64,000 nt of DNA from Setoptus koraiensis (GCA_048013815.1 CM106585.1:23560001-23624000); one strand, 5' to 3'; shown: positions 13,460 through 26,713, counted from the first letter of the stretch. Made by a program: numbers and translations. Notes: a model not told the origin generated them from the letters alone.

Positions 13460-14080
13460 TCAACTGTCTAGAGCATTGATAATGCATAACTGAATTATAG
13501 AACGAGAAGTGTGTAAAGTTATTAGAAATCGTACAAATATATCTACCAGTTTGTTTATCACATAATAGCATACTTACTCCCATATCGACTAAGGCCTCGC
13601 TCAACTTGTCAATCTCTTCCTTGGACGTGTTTTTAGTGGTCTCTTCGTAGACACAAGCAGTCATCTGGTCAAAATAAAAGAACGTTTATTCCATTAGCAT
13701 TGATTCTAAAAATAGATACTAAGAATAGTCGTTAGTTAATGAATTCTTACCTGTTCAAATTTATCCTTATGTTGACAAATTTCTTCTTTGTGCTTTTGTA
13801 TCTCGTTCGGATTAAACTCTGCACCAAATGCATCCTTGTGACAAGATTGGGCTATTTCCGGTTTTAGGGCACCGCTCACTGCTTTGTTGCTCTTGAAGCA
13901 TCCAACTATCTCGTCGATGGTGTCTTTAGAAGCGGCACATGCTCTATCGAGAATTTTTCTTGACAGATGGTGGTGAATCATAGAATGATGTTCACCAGCT
14001 ACTACTTCGCTGAATTGTGTCACGAAACAAGCCACAATCACAATAGTGAGATACATGCAAGATAACGATGATTGGGACAT
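13460..14080 (-). CDS. Secreted 6-Cys His-rich helical protein (chelicerate OBP-like / microplusin-like), 148 aa. Exons 14080-13751, 13664-13578, 13489-13460.
   Basis: Signal peptide MSQSSLSCMYLTIVIVACFVTQFSEVVAG. Two short GT-AG introns, both phase 0: 86 nt (CAG|GTAAGA) and 88 nt (GGA|GTAAGT). The last exon LCIINALDS* supplies the sixth mature Cys. Spacing is C-x13-C-x18-C-x21-C-x11-C-x26-C. Confidence 0.85.
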
Positions 14081-14232
14081 CTTCAATTTCGGTGTTAAAT
14101 CGGTCGCTTAAATGTTGAACTCAAGATTAAATCGTTATTTTTGACAGATACTTTCTAGTATGTTGGCGCTTGTTGCTGTTGAAGTTTGAAGAATGAAAGT
14201 GAACTGTTGACTGCAAAGCCCCATGCCAACGC

Positions 14233-14240
14233 TTTATATA
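14233..14240 (-). promoter_or_regulatory. TATA box of the OBP-like gene
   Basis: TATATAAA on the minus strand, about 150 nt upstream of the ATG. Confidence 0.55.
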
Positions 14241-15953
14241 CCATTGGCAGATCTTAGAAAGTTACGCGATGATACAATAAATCATATGAATCAAGCTCGT
14301 TTTTGGTGGAGCTTTCCCCTTAAGCACATCCTACTCACTGAAGCATACAATTTTATCGCGAAACGATTAAGCCCAAAACGATTGCATCATGAAATAGCAC
14401 TTTCGCCTGGCCTGAGCGACCATTCACTTGAGTCTCCAGGGTTGATTGCTGCATGGAGATTTGAAAGACAATAATGAAAATGAAATCAAAGGGTTAGGAC
14501 CGCGACTGAGTTAGCGAAGCGTTCCAAACACAGACAATGTTGTTCTTCATTTGACCTTGCTTTCCTTGAACTAAAAATGATGATGATGATCATCATCGGC
14601 AGCAGCCAACTAGCTGAATTGCAAGCGGATTAATCAATTAGTTGCACACAAAAATTGCAAATATCCCCCTCTCAGGAAACTCATTAGTCGTCATTTATCG
14701 ATGTTTTTTCCTTATAAGAGTCGCTTGAATGAAAAACCCATGTGACAACCTAGCACCTTCAAAAGCAAAATGCAAAGCAATTGCTCAGTAGAGGACAGGA
14801 ATGGTTGTCATTTGCAACGAGACTCATTAAATTTGTCACGAAACATTGAGTTTTCTCGATGACCGCACATCAGAGTAGCAAACAACTTGTTTCATCGATT
14901 ATTGTACGTGACGACAAACCCTAAGCGTTCCAATTGTTACAATCGCCTCTTTGGTTTGTATAAAATTAACTCACTTTAGAGAAACTGATGAGTTTCCGCG
15001 ACAACAACAGACTGCATAAGATTAGATAGGGCACGCCACACATTCATTAATTGCCAGTTAACCGATGAAAAGTTTGAATGTGGAAATCTGATTTGTAGGG
15101 TCAACCATATCAGTCCTCGGCATAGGGAAAAATCAATTTTTATCGGTTATGCTTACGCCAATTTTCTGTATTAAACCCAATTTGCTTCAATTTGACATCC
15201 TGGAGCTACGTCACACAAGCCAAAAAAAATGTATTCAAGACAAAATTTCATCTGTCTTTCTGTTTTCATAACTAGGGGAAAGACTGTCGTCGATACCTGA
15301 CAAACCCATAACCAACTTTCCCCAACTTTCCGGAGTTCCCCCGAAGCTGAAGTTTCTCTGTCGATAATCGAGCTAATTAGCATTTATTGCAATAAATGTT
15401 GTCATCAGTAGATTGATAATTATGCTAACATGTACATGTAGTCACAGAACCATCAACCCATAAACAATCAGCCAATTCAAATCAACAAAATAACCTTAAA
15501 TTCAGCATTGTTCATCTTCCAGTGTGATGACTCACTTGATCAATAATCATAAAGTTGAATTTCATCCGTCAATAAAAGCTCAGGTGTCTGACCTGTGTTG
15601 AGAATATATGTTTTTAGAAGAAGCATTTTCCACACTTCACAACACCAAACAGTATGGAACCGCTCGAACTGAATTGGATCGGCTCTGTGTTTCATGTAAA
15701 GAGATGTGAATTGAATTGAAGTATATTTATTAATATTGTGTTCATAAAAACTTGGTCAATAAACAGTCGAAAACTTTCGGCATCCTCGAGTTGCAGGCCA
15801 GATCAGATAGATGGTTGCAGATGAGCACTATCGATCGCTGATGAGCCACATACAATCGAAGGTGTTGTTTTGTCTGTTACTTTCACTTTAAGAAATTTGT
15901 CTTTTTCCACATTATCAACATTACAAATAATGGACGAGTAATTAGTTGATGCT

Positions 15954-18900
15954 CTATAGTATCATCACTATCAATAATAACACAAACAATATTTTGTTGG
16001 GCAGCAAAGCATGAATTGAGTCACTAGATGATGTTGATTGTTGCGTTTTACCATCAATGTTTGTTTGCCTATGATGTTCGCCACTCTGATTTGATTGACC
16101 CATTCTGCTTGTGTCACTAAATCCAGCCTGATTGGTCTGGCCGATTTTGGGATTGTTATTTTGCTGAATGTTAGACGGTTTGATTGCGGGATTGTTGGGC
16201 ATGGGTGTATTTGTTATACTCAGTTGAGCAGTGTATTCCACTATAGGCTGTTCAACAATTAACAGACATTTTATATCTAGTTCCTTCAGTTGATACAAAG
16301 AATTGTCCAGTTCAATTTGCAACGGAATTGTTTGTCTGTGTCGATATTGTTGCATCTTTTGTTCTGTTTGTTGCCTAGTCGTTGCCATGGAAAGCTGTCT
16401 GTAGCTTGTGGCTGGCCTGCCCGAGACACTATGAGCCTGACGTCTTGTTCGCATTCCAACAATTTCCGATTGTTCGTTTACATGGTCAGAATTGCTCATT
16501 CCTGCATGAATTGAAACAGGTCGAGGCAGTCTAGTTGGCAAGTTGGCGTTCATTTGCTGTTGTTGTTGTTGCAATGTTGTTTGCTCATTAGAGTCTGTGC
16601 TGAAACTGTCTTGATGAATCACCTTGGCTCTCATGATTTTTGCTGTTTGTTGTTTGTCTCGCTGATTGGCCATCATAAATGTTTGCTGTCTGTTACGTAA
16701 CTGTTTGTCATTTTCTAAATAAGAAGAATCCCTTTGTTCTTGCTGATCGAAGGCAGGCCTAATAGTTACATGGTGATGGTCACCAATAGTTGTATCACCA
16801 TTGGATGGATCGCTGGCTGGTTTGCGCTCGTCCACACTGTTTGTTTCGTTTGTTGTAGATGGCTCGTAATAGAATCTACCATTTATATATCTGTTAACCT
16901 TATTCGTGTTAATCTAATTTAAGTTTCAGTGAAAATTAATCAACAATAATTGTTAGTTGTTAATAATCGCTATTGCCAATTTGTTTTAGATGACAGTAGT
17001 GCTCTAGACGTTAGTAGTCTGGAGATCAGTAATTGGCAACTTACCTCGAAATTGTTGATGAACCATTTTAGGCGCATTTGGGCCGGCGGTGCCATCGGCT
17101 GAACATGATGATTTGTTGCGATGCAATTGAATTGTATGATATCGTTCAACTCGTAATCCTCTTGGGAAATTTTGTGAGTGGCGGCCTCTATTTCTGGTTG
17201 GCTGGCCTCGTTGGGTGCGAAAGCGATTAATAGTTTCTGAATGTAATTTATATGCTCATTTAATTCAGCTAATTGCTGCTGATGAATAAAATCTCTGGCA
17301 TTGACGCCTTGCGACGACGACCATTGGCTATTAGATATAAAATCACGATTTCTCACATACTGATGATTGTGCTGCTGATCTGCTTGCTGGCTACTTGTGC
17401 TCGAAAATGGGCGCTGCTGTGACTGTGTGTCCAATTGTCGCCAATTGTTGTTTCCTGTTGCCGAATTCAATAACTGGCGACTAACACTGGTTGGCTTACT
17501 TTGGGGCCACATATAAATAGAGGATTGCCACGAGGAGGAGGATTGAGCCGGGTTGTAATCATGAGAAAATGTTTCAGGTGACGACATCATTACCAAAGGC
17601 AATGGAACTGAGGCCGATGCGCCCACTGGACTGCTGTTGAGAGGCGACATTGAACGATCTATGGCACCATTAATGACAGCTGGCATAGAATTGGATTGCT
17701 TCTTGATTGTCTTGCCACCGGCAACGACAATGTTTGATTCAAAGCTATAGTTTAGTGTTATTCGGGCAACACATTTAACTCGCAACGATTTAACAACAGA
17801 CAAATGTTGTTGTTTCAAATAATAAGGGTCCAATTGAAATATTAGATGTGATTCGCTAGGCAACCATTGGCCGATGTCACTCAATTGAGGCTGCATCGAC
17901 AATATCGGGGGCGGCGATTTGTTGTTGGGGCCGGGCGATAATGCATTTGAGGGCAGCGAATTGATTGCATTAGAAATGGTGGCCTGCCTGTTCACAAGCT
18001 GGCCCCCGTTTGAGATGTACACATACTCATCTGGGGCCTGCATAATATAGGCGAAATGGTCAGAGTGGGCAGCGATAACATAACACAACAGGGGAAAAAA
18101 TAGAGAGAGATAAAATATATGTCACGGTTATCAGTTTAGTAAGCGCAGCAGAATTTTCAATTTTGCGCTATGCTCTTTCTGTGGCTCGCCTGCCACAGAA
18201 AGAGCTATCTCTCTACTTACCTTTGAATCGTTTATGTACCATTCCAATTCAGCCCGAGGCCTGGCTGGTCCGATTGAGCACGTTAAATTAACTGTCTCAT
18301 TTAAATCATAAACTAATGCTTGCGACAAAACGCTTTGAGTGGTCAACTGATGCTGATGCTGCTGATTAATAAAGATTGATCGGCTGGCTAGCTGGCGATT
18401 ATTGTGTATGGTAAGCTTGGATTGTGGCAAAACTTTTGCGTTTGTATTATGGCGCGGTGATGCCAGTGTTTGTCCAATGTTGATGTGTTGGCAAATTTAT
18501 ATATGGATGATAATAATAAATTTTGATGAGATAAGAAAGTGAAAATGGGCGCTTTCACCGACAGGGGCCCCAGCAGGGCAAACACTATCAAGCTGGCATT
18601 ATGCGGTTGGCACCATGAAGCTGGCACTATGAAGCTGGCACTATGAAGCTGGCGTGGCCAGCCTAGGCTTTTGAGGCTATCGGCTGACTAGAGACAATTT
18701 GGCTCGGTGAGGCCAATTTGCCTAATCAGCAGCCAGCCATGTGAGCTTGAGCGAGCTTTTGTGGGCCGCTTGAACCAGTTTGAATGCTGGTGAACTTACC
18801 ATAAATTTTCATTTGGCGCTCGGCAGATACTGTAACAAATGAGGGCCCATCAACGGATACCTCGCACTTGTAGGTACCCTCGCTTTGAAAATTTGTAGTG

Positions 18901-21900
18901 CTCAGATGGGCATGTGTGGCGTTGGATAAGGCAAGCTGCAAAACAGATAGATGGAGAAGAATTGTTGTTAGTGTGCCGGTTATAATATCATAGTGTGGTT
19001 ATTATCATATTCATGGGGCCAATTGCAATCTTGTTTTGGCCATCTACGGCCAGCAGCGTATCGCAGACAAACTCGCATTGCAACGCGAGCAATGCGAGTT
19101 TGTTTGTTTAAACTAGATAATGATCCATGATTAATGATCGCACCGGCTGACTTTTGTTGTTTCCTGTCCGGCCAATCGTGCTAACTCAATATAATATACA
19201 CACTGCACTACATTTGTCCGTTGAGTTGGGCACCTCGAAATTGGCCCCCATGCAAATGATGCAACCGCAAACAGACGTAAATATATTCATACTACTACCA
19301 ATGGCAATACAATAGAGATACTATAGATTTGCTATAGATATGCTATGGATATAGCTGGCCAATGAGGCATTGTTTTTGTGTTTGTTTGATAAGTCAGTGT
19401 GTGATAAATAATGATTGACCATAAATTATCACTACTTTGCTACCCAATTGGCCCCTATGCAGCGCGATGTGGCAGCGCCACTCAAATCTAGTCGATACAC
19501 ACTATATCATATGGTGAAACACTCGCCAGCAGGGATAAAACATTCGAACGTACGAGCATTGGAACATACGAATATAAACGACACACACCAAGAAAATATT
19601 AGGTGAGTCACACAGAATAAATTATCATCAATGTATCGTTATCGAGCAGCGCCAACGCTGACACTTTCGCTGCCTCATTGTCTATTTTTGTTGTGCAACT
19701 CTATCTCTCTTATTATCTTATGTTACACAACAGCAATACCAACAACAGCAACAACAACAGCGACGACAACAGCAACAGCAACAACCACAACAACAACAAA
19801 CAACCGCCAGCTAGGTACCTCGGTGGGCCCAGCCAGCAGTCATCACACGGCGAGCTTATCTGTGTACGTTCAGTCGCTCCTCTACGTACGTTATTTTGTC
19901 GTGCGGTGCTGAAAAATCAACAGCCTACAGGCAATGTTGCTGATCCCCATCGATTATTATAATGACCGCCGCAATGGGCGTTGCTCAAAAATCATACAGC
20001 ACCAAATATAGAATGATCGACACACACAGTGTTGCTGTTGTTGCTGTCGCTGTTGTTGTTGTCGCTGTTGTTGCTGTCGCTGTTGCTGCTGCGGTTGCGG
20101 TGGTTGTGGCTGGTGTCGTCGGGCTTGCTTGTCGGTTGTGGCTGGTCAGTTGCGGCCAGCAATGGATCTATGCAACGAGCACACACTGTCGGAATACGAA
20201 CACACTAAGAGGTCGACTGACAGAAAACAAACAAACATCATTAGTGCACACCATTATGTAATGCTGCCCGTTATGAGGCCCGTTATGTCCGACAACAAAC
20301 ACACATAGTGCTTGACACACGCACACTTGACCGTTGGCACATTGTGGCCAAAGCAAAAAGCGAAAAGTGCCAATGGGTCCACTTTGGGCCCCGCCAACTG
20401 CAACAAACGTCAGTGGCCAGTTGACATGCACACACGCTGACTTGCACCTTGACAACAACTGACCACATGTGGAGTGAAATAAAATAAATAATCCACCTGA
20501 TGAAATGCCAGACAAGGGCCCATTTCAATGGCAGTTTAAATGTTGTGCCCGTCTCAATGTAGATATCGGGGCCTCACCAGAATTGAGCTCGCCCGCTTGC
20601 TTGCTTGTCGGTTGGCCCTGCGAATGATTGAATGGGCCCGCTGGAATGTTGCAAATGGGGAAAAAGCCACAAAAAGCCAACTACAGTTTTAAACAATATT
20701 GCCAGATATATTGACTTGTGTCGAGGTTGCCACTGCACGCTGACACGCTCAACTGGCAATCTTAAGCCCTCGGCTTTCTCGCCAACCTTGTTGTTGCCTT
20801 TATCCACCGCCCACTGTTTCTTTCATGACATTTGTAGACATACATCTCTAATCATTTAGTGCGCCTTAAAAGAATGCTGCTGGGGCCAAGAATTTGCCTC
20901 GCCGCAACGCAGCAGCGAGACACTGTTTCGCTCTCTAGTAGTTTCTTTCTATACATAGCAGCATATATATAGTTTTTATTGCCGCCAGTTTAGGTCGCGC
21001 ACAGGTTGCCTTCGCTGATAAACTGAGCCACTGATAAACTGAGCCACTGAGAAATTCCCAGATTTGACTCGCACAGATTTTTCCGCGTGCAATATGATTT
21101 AGTTTGGGTGCTTGCCTGAACTGGCTTGGCTGCGAGTCCGAAATTGGTTCAAGCCAAGTTCAAAGCAAGCTTACAATCTGGCAAAATGTCCGGGCCGAAT
21201 AATTGCCATTGAAGCTGCGCTATAATAGCATTGCTATTACTGACTTTAAGCTGCCCATTTAGAAGCTTGCAACCTTGTAACTGTATTCTCAGCCCGCTTC
21301 TGCATGCTGATTGCTGACATTCGGCTGGTCGAACCAAGCGGCTAGATACTAATGGATCGCAACTGGATCGTAACAAGTGCACACAAGGTCGCAGCCTCTT
21401 GCAAAAAAGTTTCTGGCAACATCATTCAGTGATTCGTAGAGATCGAATCAATCACGCCGTGAAAATTTGCACGGCTACACCAACCTGGCTATCCAAGACA
21501 ATTCTAAATGTGACACGACGCGGCACGGATTGATTTTGTGATGTATATATCGCCATCACTTGACGCGAGCGACTTATGCCTTTTTGGAGAATTCGCCAAA
21601 TGAGATGTGGCAAATGTAGCAGAATAAAATGATACAATGACACAATAGTTTGTGCGCTGCAATAGCACCAATCAGTCACTGATTATCAGTGCCAAACGAA
21701 TGTCATTACAATCAGTGCCAAATAAACGTCAATGTAATGGGTGCATGACTCACGTTCAGGTAGATTCCGTTGAGATCATAATCGTACTTTGAGGCAGATT
21801 GGGGTACAGTTGTGCTCCTGTGTCTATTGATATTATGTGCTGTTGTTGCAAATTGTTCACCGTTCATTTGATAATTGTTGTTATTGTGATTTGTGGTGCT

Positions 21901-22332
21901 TGTAGTATATTCGTTGTCATATTGTGAATTGTGATTATCGTTGCCATAGTCACCGGAATAAGTTGTGGCACTGGCAGTTGTTGCTGTTGTTGTTTGGCTA
22001 TAATCCGGCTGATATCTGTAAAATTCAACATAATCCTTGTACCATTTCACTGAATACAACTGTTGTGAGGTAAAGCCAAAATGTGGTTGTTGAAAAGAAG
22101 CAAAGAGAATTTAGTTTTCGTTGAAACTCTTTTTCCGATGTTGCATATTATGCACTTGATTGCCATTCAGTTCGTAGGCGGCATAAAGTAGTTAATCATA
22201 CATGACAATCTTTCGTTTTGTGACCATTATTCATCAAATAAACAAGCTCTCTGGGAATTGAATTAATTGGCATTCCTTTTGTCTCATTGAGATGGGCGCA
22301 CAATTTCAATCGTCGTTATCAAATCGATTGTC

Positions 22333-22419
<87 letters not shown>

Positions 22420-22564
22420 TATCGTGGCAACCATTTAATCAATTGCAACTTGTCATTGTGACTTACCTGGTCTCCTTGGAGATCGTAGTGGCAGGATAGA
22501 ACTACGCTGGATGAGTTGAAATTAGCCGACGGAACTCCGATTGAGATAATCTTCAATGCATCAG
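15954..22564 (-). CDS. beat: Beaten-path (beat) family Ig protein, exons 2-7: 22564-22467, 22059-21754, 18935-18800, 18432-18221, 18037-17045, 16913-15954. About 920 aa with exon 1; C-terminal GPI-type hydrophobic tail.
   Basis: The spliced product shows beat Ig1 motifs (ALKIISIGVP..VVLSCHYDLQGDQ|LYSVKWYKD..EFYRYQP and EGTYKCEVSVDGPSFVT) and Ig2 motifs (VLP..YDLNETVNLTC..RPRAELEWYIN and LRVKCVARI). Donors are GTAAGT/GTGAGT with consistent phases. The protein ends SSSSDSIHALLPNKILFVLLLIVMIL*. The acceptors of exons 5 and 7 are weak and may be slightly off. Confidence 0.88.
18583..18652. repeat. 14-bp minisatellite, 5 copies (CACTATGAAGCTGG), in a beat intron
   Basis: Units: CACTATCAAGCTGG, CATTATGCGGTTGG, CACCATGAAGCTGG, and CACTATGAAGCTGG twice. 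Confidence 0.9.
19064..19106. repeat. Hairpin with an 18-bp stem (one G-T pair) and 7-nt loop, in a beat intron
   Basis: CAGACAAACTCGCATTGC-AACGCGA-GCAATGCGAGTTTGTTTG. Confidence 0.9.
21015..21054. repeat. 16-bp tandem repeat, 2.5 copies (CTGATAAACTGAGCCA)
   Basis: Direct reading of the sequence. Confidence 0.85.
22337..22416. repeat. (TG)40 microsatellite in beat intron 2
   Basis: Uninterrupted TG run. Confidence 0.97.
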
Positions 22565-25500
22565 CTGCAAACGGGGATGGCACAGATTGCAAGTATTGAA
22601 TGAAGAGACAATGGTTAGGCCAGATGTATCATGGAAATTAATGGGCCAGCTCCGATAATGAGCTAGCAAAGGTTCATGCATGAAATGTGACCGCCATTCG
22701 AAAATAAAAAGCAATTGAAAAGAGAAGACGCAATCTCTAGTTATTCGCAATGGTGTGCCCCAGTCAGCCACACACAATCCACTATTCTATTCTTTTACGC
22801 GCCCCCTTTTTGGGCCCCAATTGGGGCCCCATTCATGCATATGTCTGGTGGGTTTGAATGCAGCCAGAATAAGGAATGGGCTAATGTGCGCACTGGAGGA
22901 ATAAATTATTCTGTTAATTGATTGCCCATTAAAATGGCTGCCGTTTAATTATAACAATTAACGCTATTGTTTGTATCACTTCGGTGCACTTGTTAGCTGT
23001 CACACTAAGCCGGCCAGCCAGATTGTTTCTTGTTGACTCTCCGGTTGCTCTACTGACTATTGCTCATTTGCAATCGCACCCAACGCACAAACAATCTAAA
23101 ATTGATTTTCATCTCTCATCACAGATTTTAGCTGCGAGCTCATCGAGCTATCGACCAAATATTGGCATCTTGGCAATCGGAAATATCGCCTCACAGATCG
23201 TTTGTGTTGGCGAGATTTGTATTAACACGAGCAGACGACTTGCTGCTTGGCAAGTCGAGCCGTTGTGTGCGTATGTTTGAACAGGTGAGGTTTTAGTGTC
23301 ATTACTATAATTATTTAGATTATGTGGCGCATTGGGGCGGTGCCACTTATTATCTTTGGCCGGTTGACATTATGTGTTTGCCGTGTTGTCGTGTAAGTGG
23401 GGCCCGTGATGAAGCCCTATTTTTGGGCCGGCAATAATGCCAGGGCACAATAACAAGCGACAGCCAGATTGCAGGCAACTCAATTGATATTTTATTACAA
23501 AATAAGGCGAAATTGCGCAACAACAAAATGACCGTTATCAACGTTTAGCTGTGATGTAAGTGTGTGCGGCTTTTTAACGGGTTCGGATTAGTGCTACACA
23601 CAGTGTAAGTGAAGCTGATATTCTATACTATGTGCAATATCACTCATGTGTTTGCATGTGTATCGCACACAAATATTATTACTGATACCGTTATGTGGAT
23701 ATACTAATAATAATTGCAATTTGCAAACAAACTCACTATCAGAACAACACTGCACTATTTCACTATTGCGCTATCAAACACAAGAGATTGCAAGGGCATA
23801 AACACACACACACACACACACACATACACACGCTACACGTACACACACGCCACACACCAAACAAACATTTAAGTGTTGTTACGTGATTTGCGTGTATAGA
23901 GTCTATCCACTTTTATTTACATCGCGACCAACTGTCGTGTGATGTGACCTGCCATTCACCATTCACTTGTTCTGTTGTTGCCCGTGTGTTGTTGCCCGTG
24001 TGTCGTGTGCTGGGCACTGCGAGCCGGCAACTTTCCAGGTAACTCACCTGAACAGGTAAGTTACCTGCAAAGTATGCACAGGCGAGTAATGATCAATTCG
24101 ATGATGTCGCCTCATTGTTTGTTGCCCATGTCGCTCATTGCCCATTGCCGCTATTGCCGCTGTTGCCGCTGTTGCCGCTATAAGACTTGACATCAATTTG
24201 CACAAACAGAGCCAATCTAGATTACATCACAACAGCTCAAGAGCAACGCCAATTTACATACATAAACAATATGCGATATTAACAGCATGCGCTGTTTGGG
24301 TCACTTTGCCCGCAACAAACCGCACTGGCCCCAAACAAGCGACTCACCGGCGTGATCAATAGAGAGGCACGTGATTTTTCACGTTCACTTTGAGCTCGTT
24401 GGGTGCAAGCGGCCTAGAGCTTTTGCTCGCTCAGTTTTGTTCATATGAAACAATAGCAAAGCACTTGAATCACGGACAAGAGAGGACAGCAGCAGCGGCG
24501 CCAGGACACAGCTATTTAGTCAAGTTCTTTCAAGCGTCCTCTTATTTCATATCCATATTTCGCGTGTTTGTCGCTGCAACTTGTTTAGCCGGCACAACCA
24601 CAATCACAACTGTGACTTAAACTTTAACCACAAGCTCGACATAAGCATAACTAATATTACAACCACTGCAAACATGATAACAACAACCATAACAACGATG
24701 ATGACATTACGACCGTTGCTCTCATTATCTCTTTCTATCTGGCCTGCTCGTGCCACCCAACCAACAACAGCCCGAATGGAAATAGCTTTGCTGTTAGCGA
24801 CACAAGACACAGCCAAACTGTGACCACAGACTGCGTATGAGACTCGACAAAGATTCTGCAAAGGTTCGTTTGTCGCAAACAATTGGCCATTTTGATGAAT
24901 TTTCGAGCTTTGGTCGCACTGATTGAGTGGACTGGCAACTGTGCAAACTTGCAACTTTGCAATCTTCAATGGCAAAATGGTAGTATGACAAACTGACAAA
25001 ATCAATTCAAAGGCTCCTCGTGAGCCTCCAATTCAAACAATGGACGTAATGCGTGCCTGCCGGAAGTTGCGCCATAACCTAACGACTTAACTAATGACCA
25101 ACGTATTATATGCTGCCGCTACTATGATTGTCGGCAAGGTTGCGGTTCTGCCAGCATTTTGCTGAGGTTTGCCACGAACGGCATTGACGGCGACCATTGG
25201 CGCGCTAATTAGACTTTGCTGGACTCGACTGACGGCGGCATGCTCACTGGAATGGAGATAGCTAACAATGAGGGCCAATTTAAAGTAGACCCAGCATAAT
25301 TATTATTTATGTGGGCCAGTCACAATGATTATAATTATGATCAATCTATCTTTGTTTTGTCTCTGTGCTTTTGCTTTTTTTCGGCGGCCAGTTGTCATTG
25401 CAGCCAATGGTCGTTGCAGCCAATTGTCGTTGCATTTAGTCGTCGGTGCAGCCAGTTGTTTTCTTCTAGTTAGTTCATTGAGACAGAAGCATAGCTAGAA

Positions 25501-26713
25501 GGAAGGGAGAGACACACGACGAAGCTGTCGGCTGTATCAAGATATCAATAATACCGAAATTATAATATCAATTTTGAGCGGCTGCCACGCAACATGCAGC
25601 GTGCAAAAAGCTTAATTGGCAGTTCATTTGTATGTTGCCACCAATACACAGCATTGTGTTTTTGGTGCGAGGCCCCAAAGTTTGGGGCCCAAACAAGTCG
25701 TTTGACATAACTTGAGCGAGCACTTGTCATGCGACAGTTGCGCCACTAACACACACACAGGAAGTGGCTGTTAGTGGTTGTGTTTGTGTTCAACTAGCGA
25801 CTCACTTGACACACAAGTAGCTAGTGCACACGAACACAGGTAAATTAGTTGTAGCATGTTTTGTGATACTGTGCTGGTTACTATTGGCAACCCAATTTAC
25901 TATTGGGCCACCATATAGTTACTAGCCCGTATCAGATATGCCATATAGCACGTGTAGTAGGGCACACGTTATATATTTGCCAACAACTGCAACGACTAAA
26001 CTGTGGCTAAAATGTGCGTTTTACTTGAATGACAGTTATATTAATCTGTAATATACTGTTACATATATACAGCAACTGGCTGGCAATTTGTCACTCCACT
26101 AATAACGATAATCGGCGTATATATATCAGTATACATCAGTGTATATCGGTATATATCAGCCAGTTAGTGGCTCGATTGGAATCGCTTCTCGCAGGACGAT
26201 TTGACTATGGGTCCGCCGTGTGTATATATCCGACTGTCTGTTAGTTTCTGTTAGGTGAAATTGCGATTTGCCAAAAAATTGGCTGTCGCTATTGGCCGCT
26301 GTTGGCCGCTGTAGGCTGCTGCTGGCGTTATGCGACATGACAGAGATGTCAAATGATTGATATGGCTAGCATATTGCTCACACTATTGCTCAACTCGGTC
26401 AGGTGAACAACCATTGGCTGACACGTCTGGCACGTGATAGCTCTATAGTTATAGATATACCATAAGGGTATAGGTATTATGGGTAATATTATGGTATGCT
26501 ATTACACAATAATATTACCCTCTAATTCTCAATGATTTCTCAACATCTACGATTGGCCCCTCGCAATATAGCGAAGCAGCGAAATAACGTTATAAAGTAG
26601 TAGTTTGCATATCAATGGGCCGTTCAACTGCAAGCGGGCTGACACGCTCATCAGTGCCCTCGCACGGGTACGCTCTCCTCGGGGTCTCTTCACCGCAAGG
26701 CACCCAACGGGGC

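Noticed and set aside
19415-21679. Several 60-115-codon ORFs inside beat intron 3
   Set aside because: They are mostly trinucleotide-repeat-driven, start at non-ATG codons or have no recognisable motif, so no nested gene is supportable.
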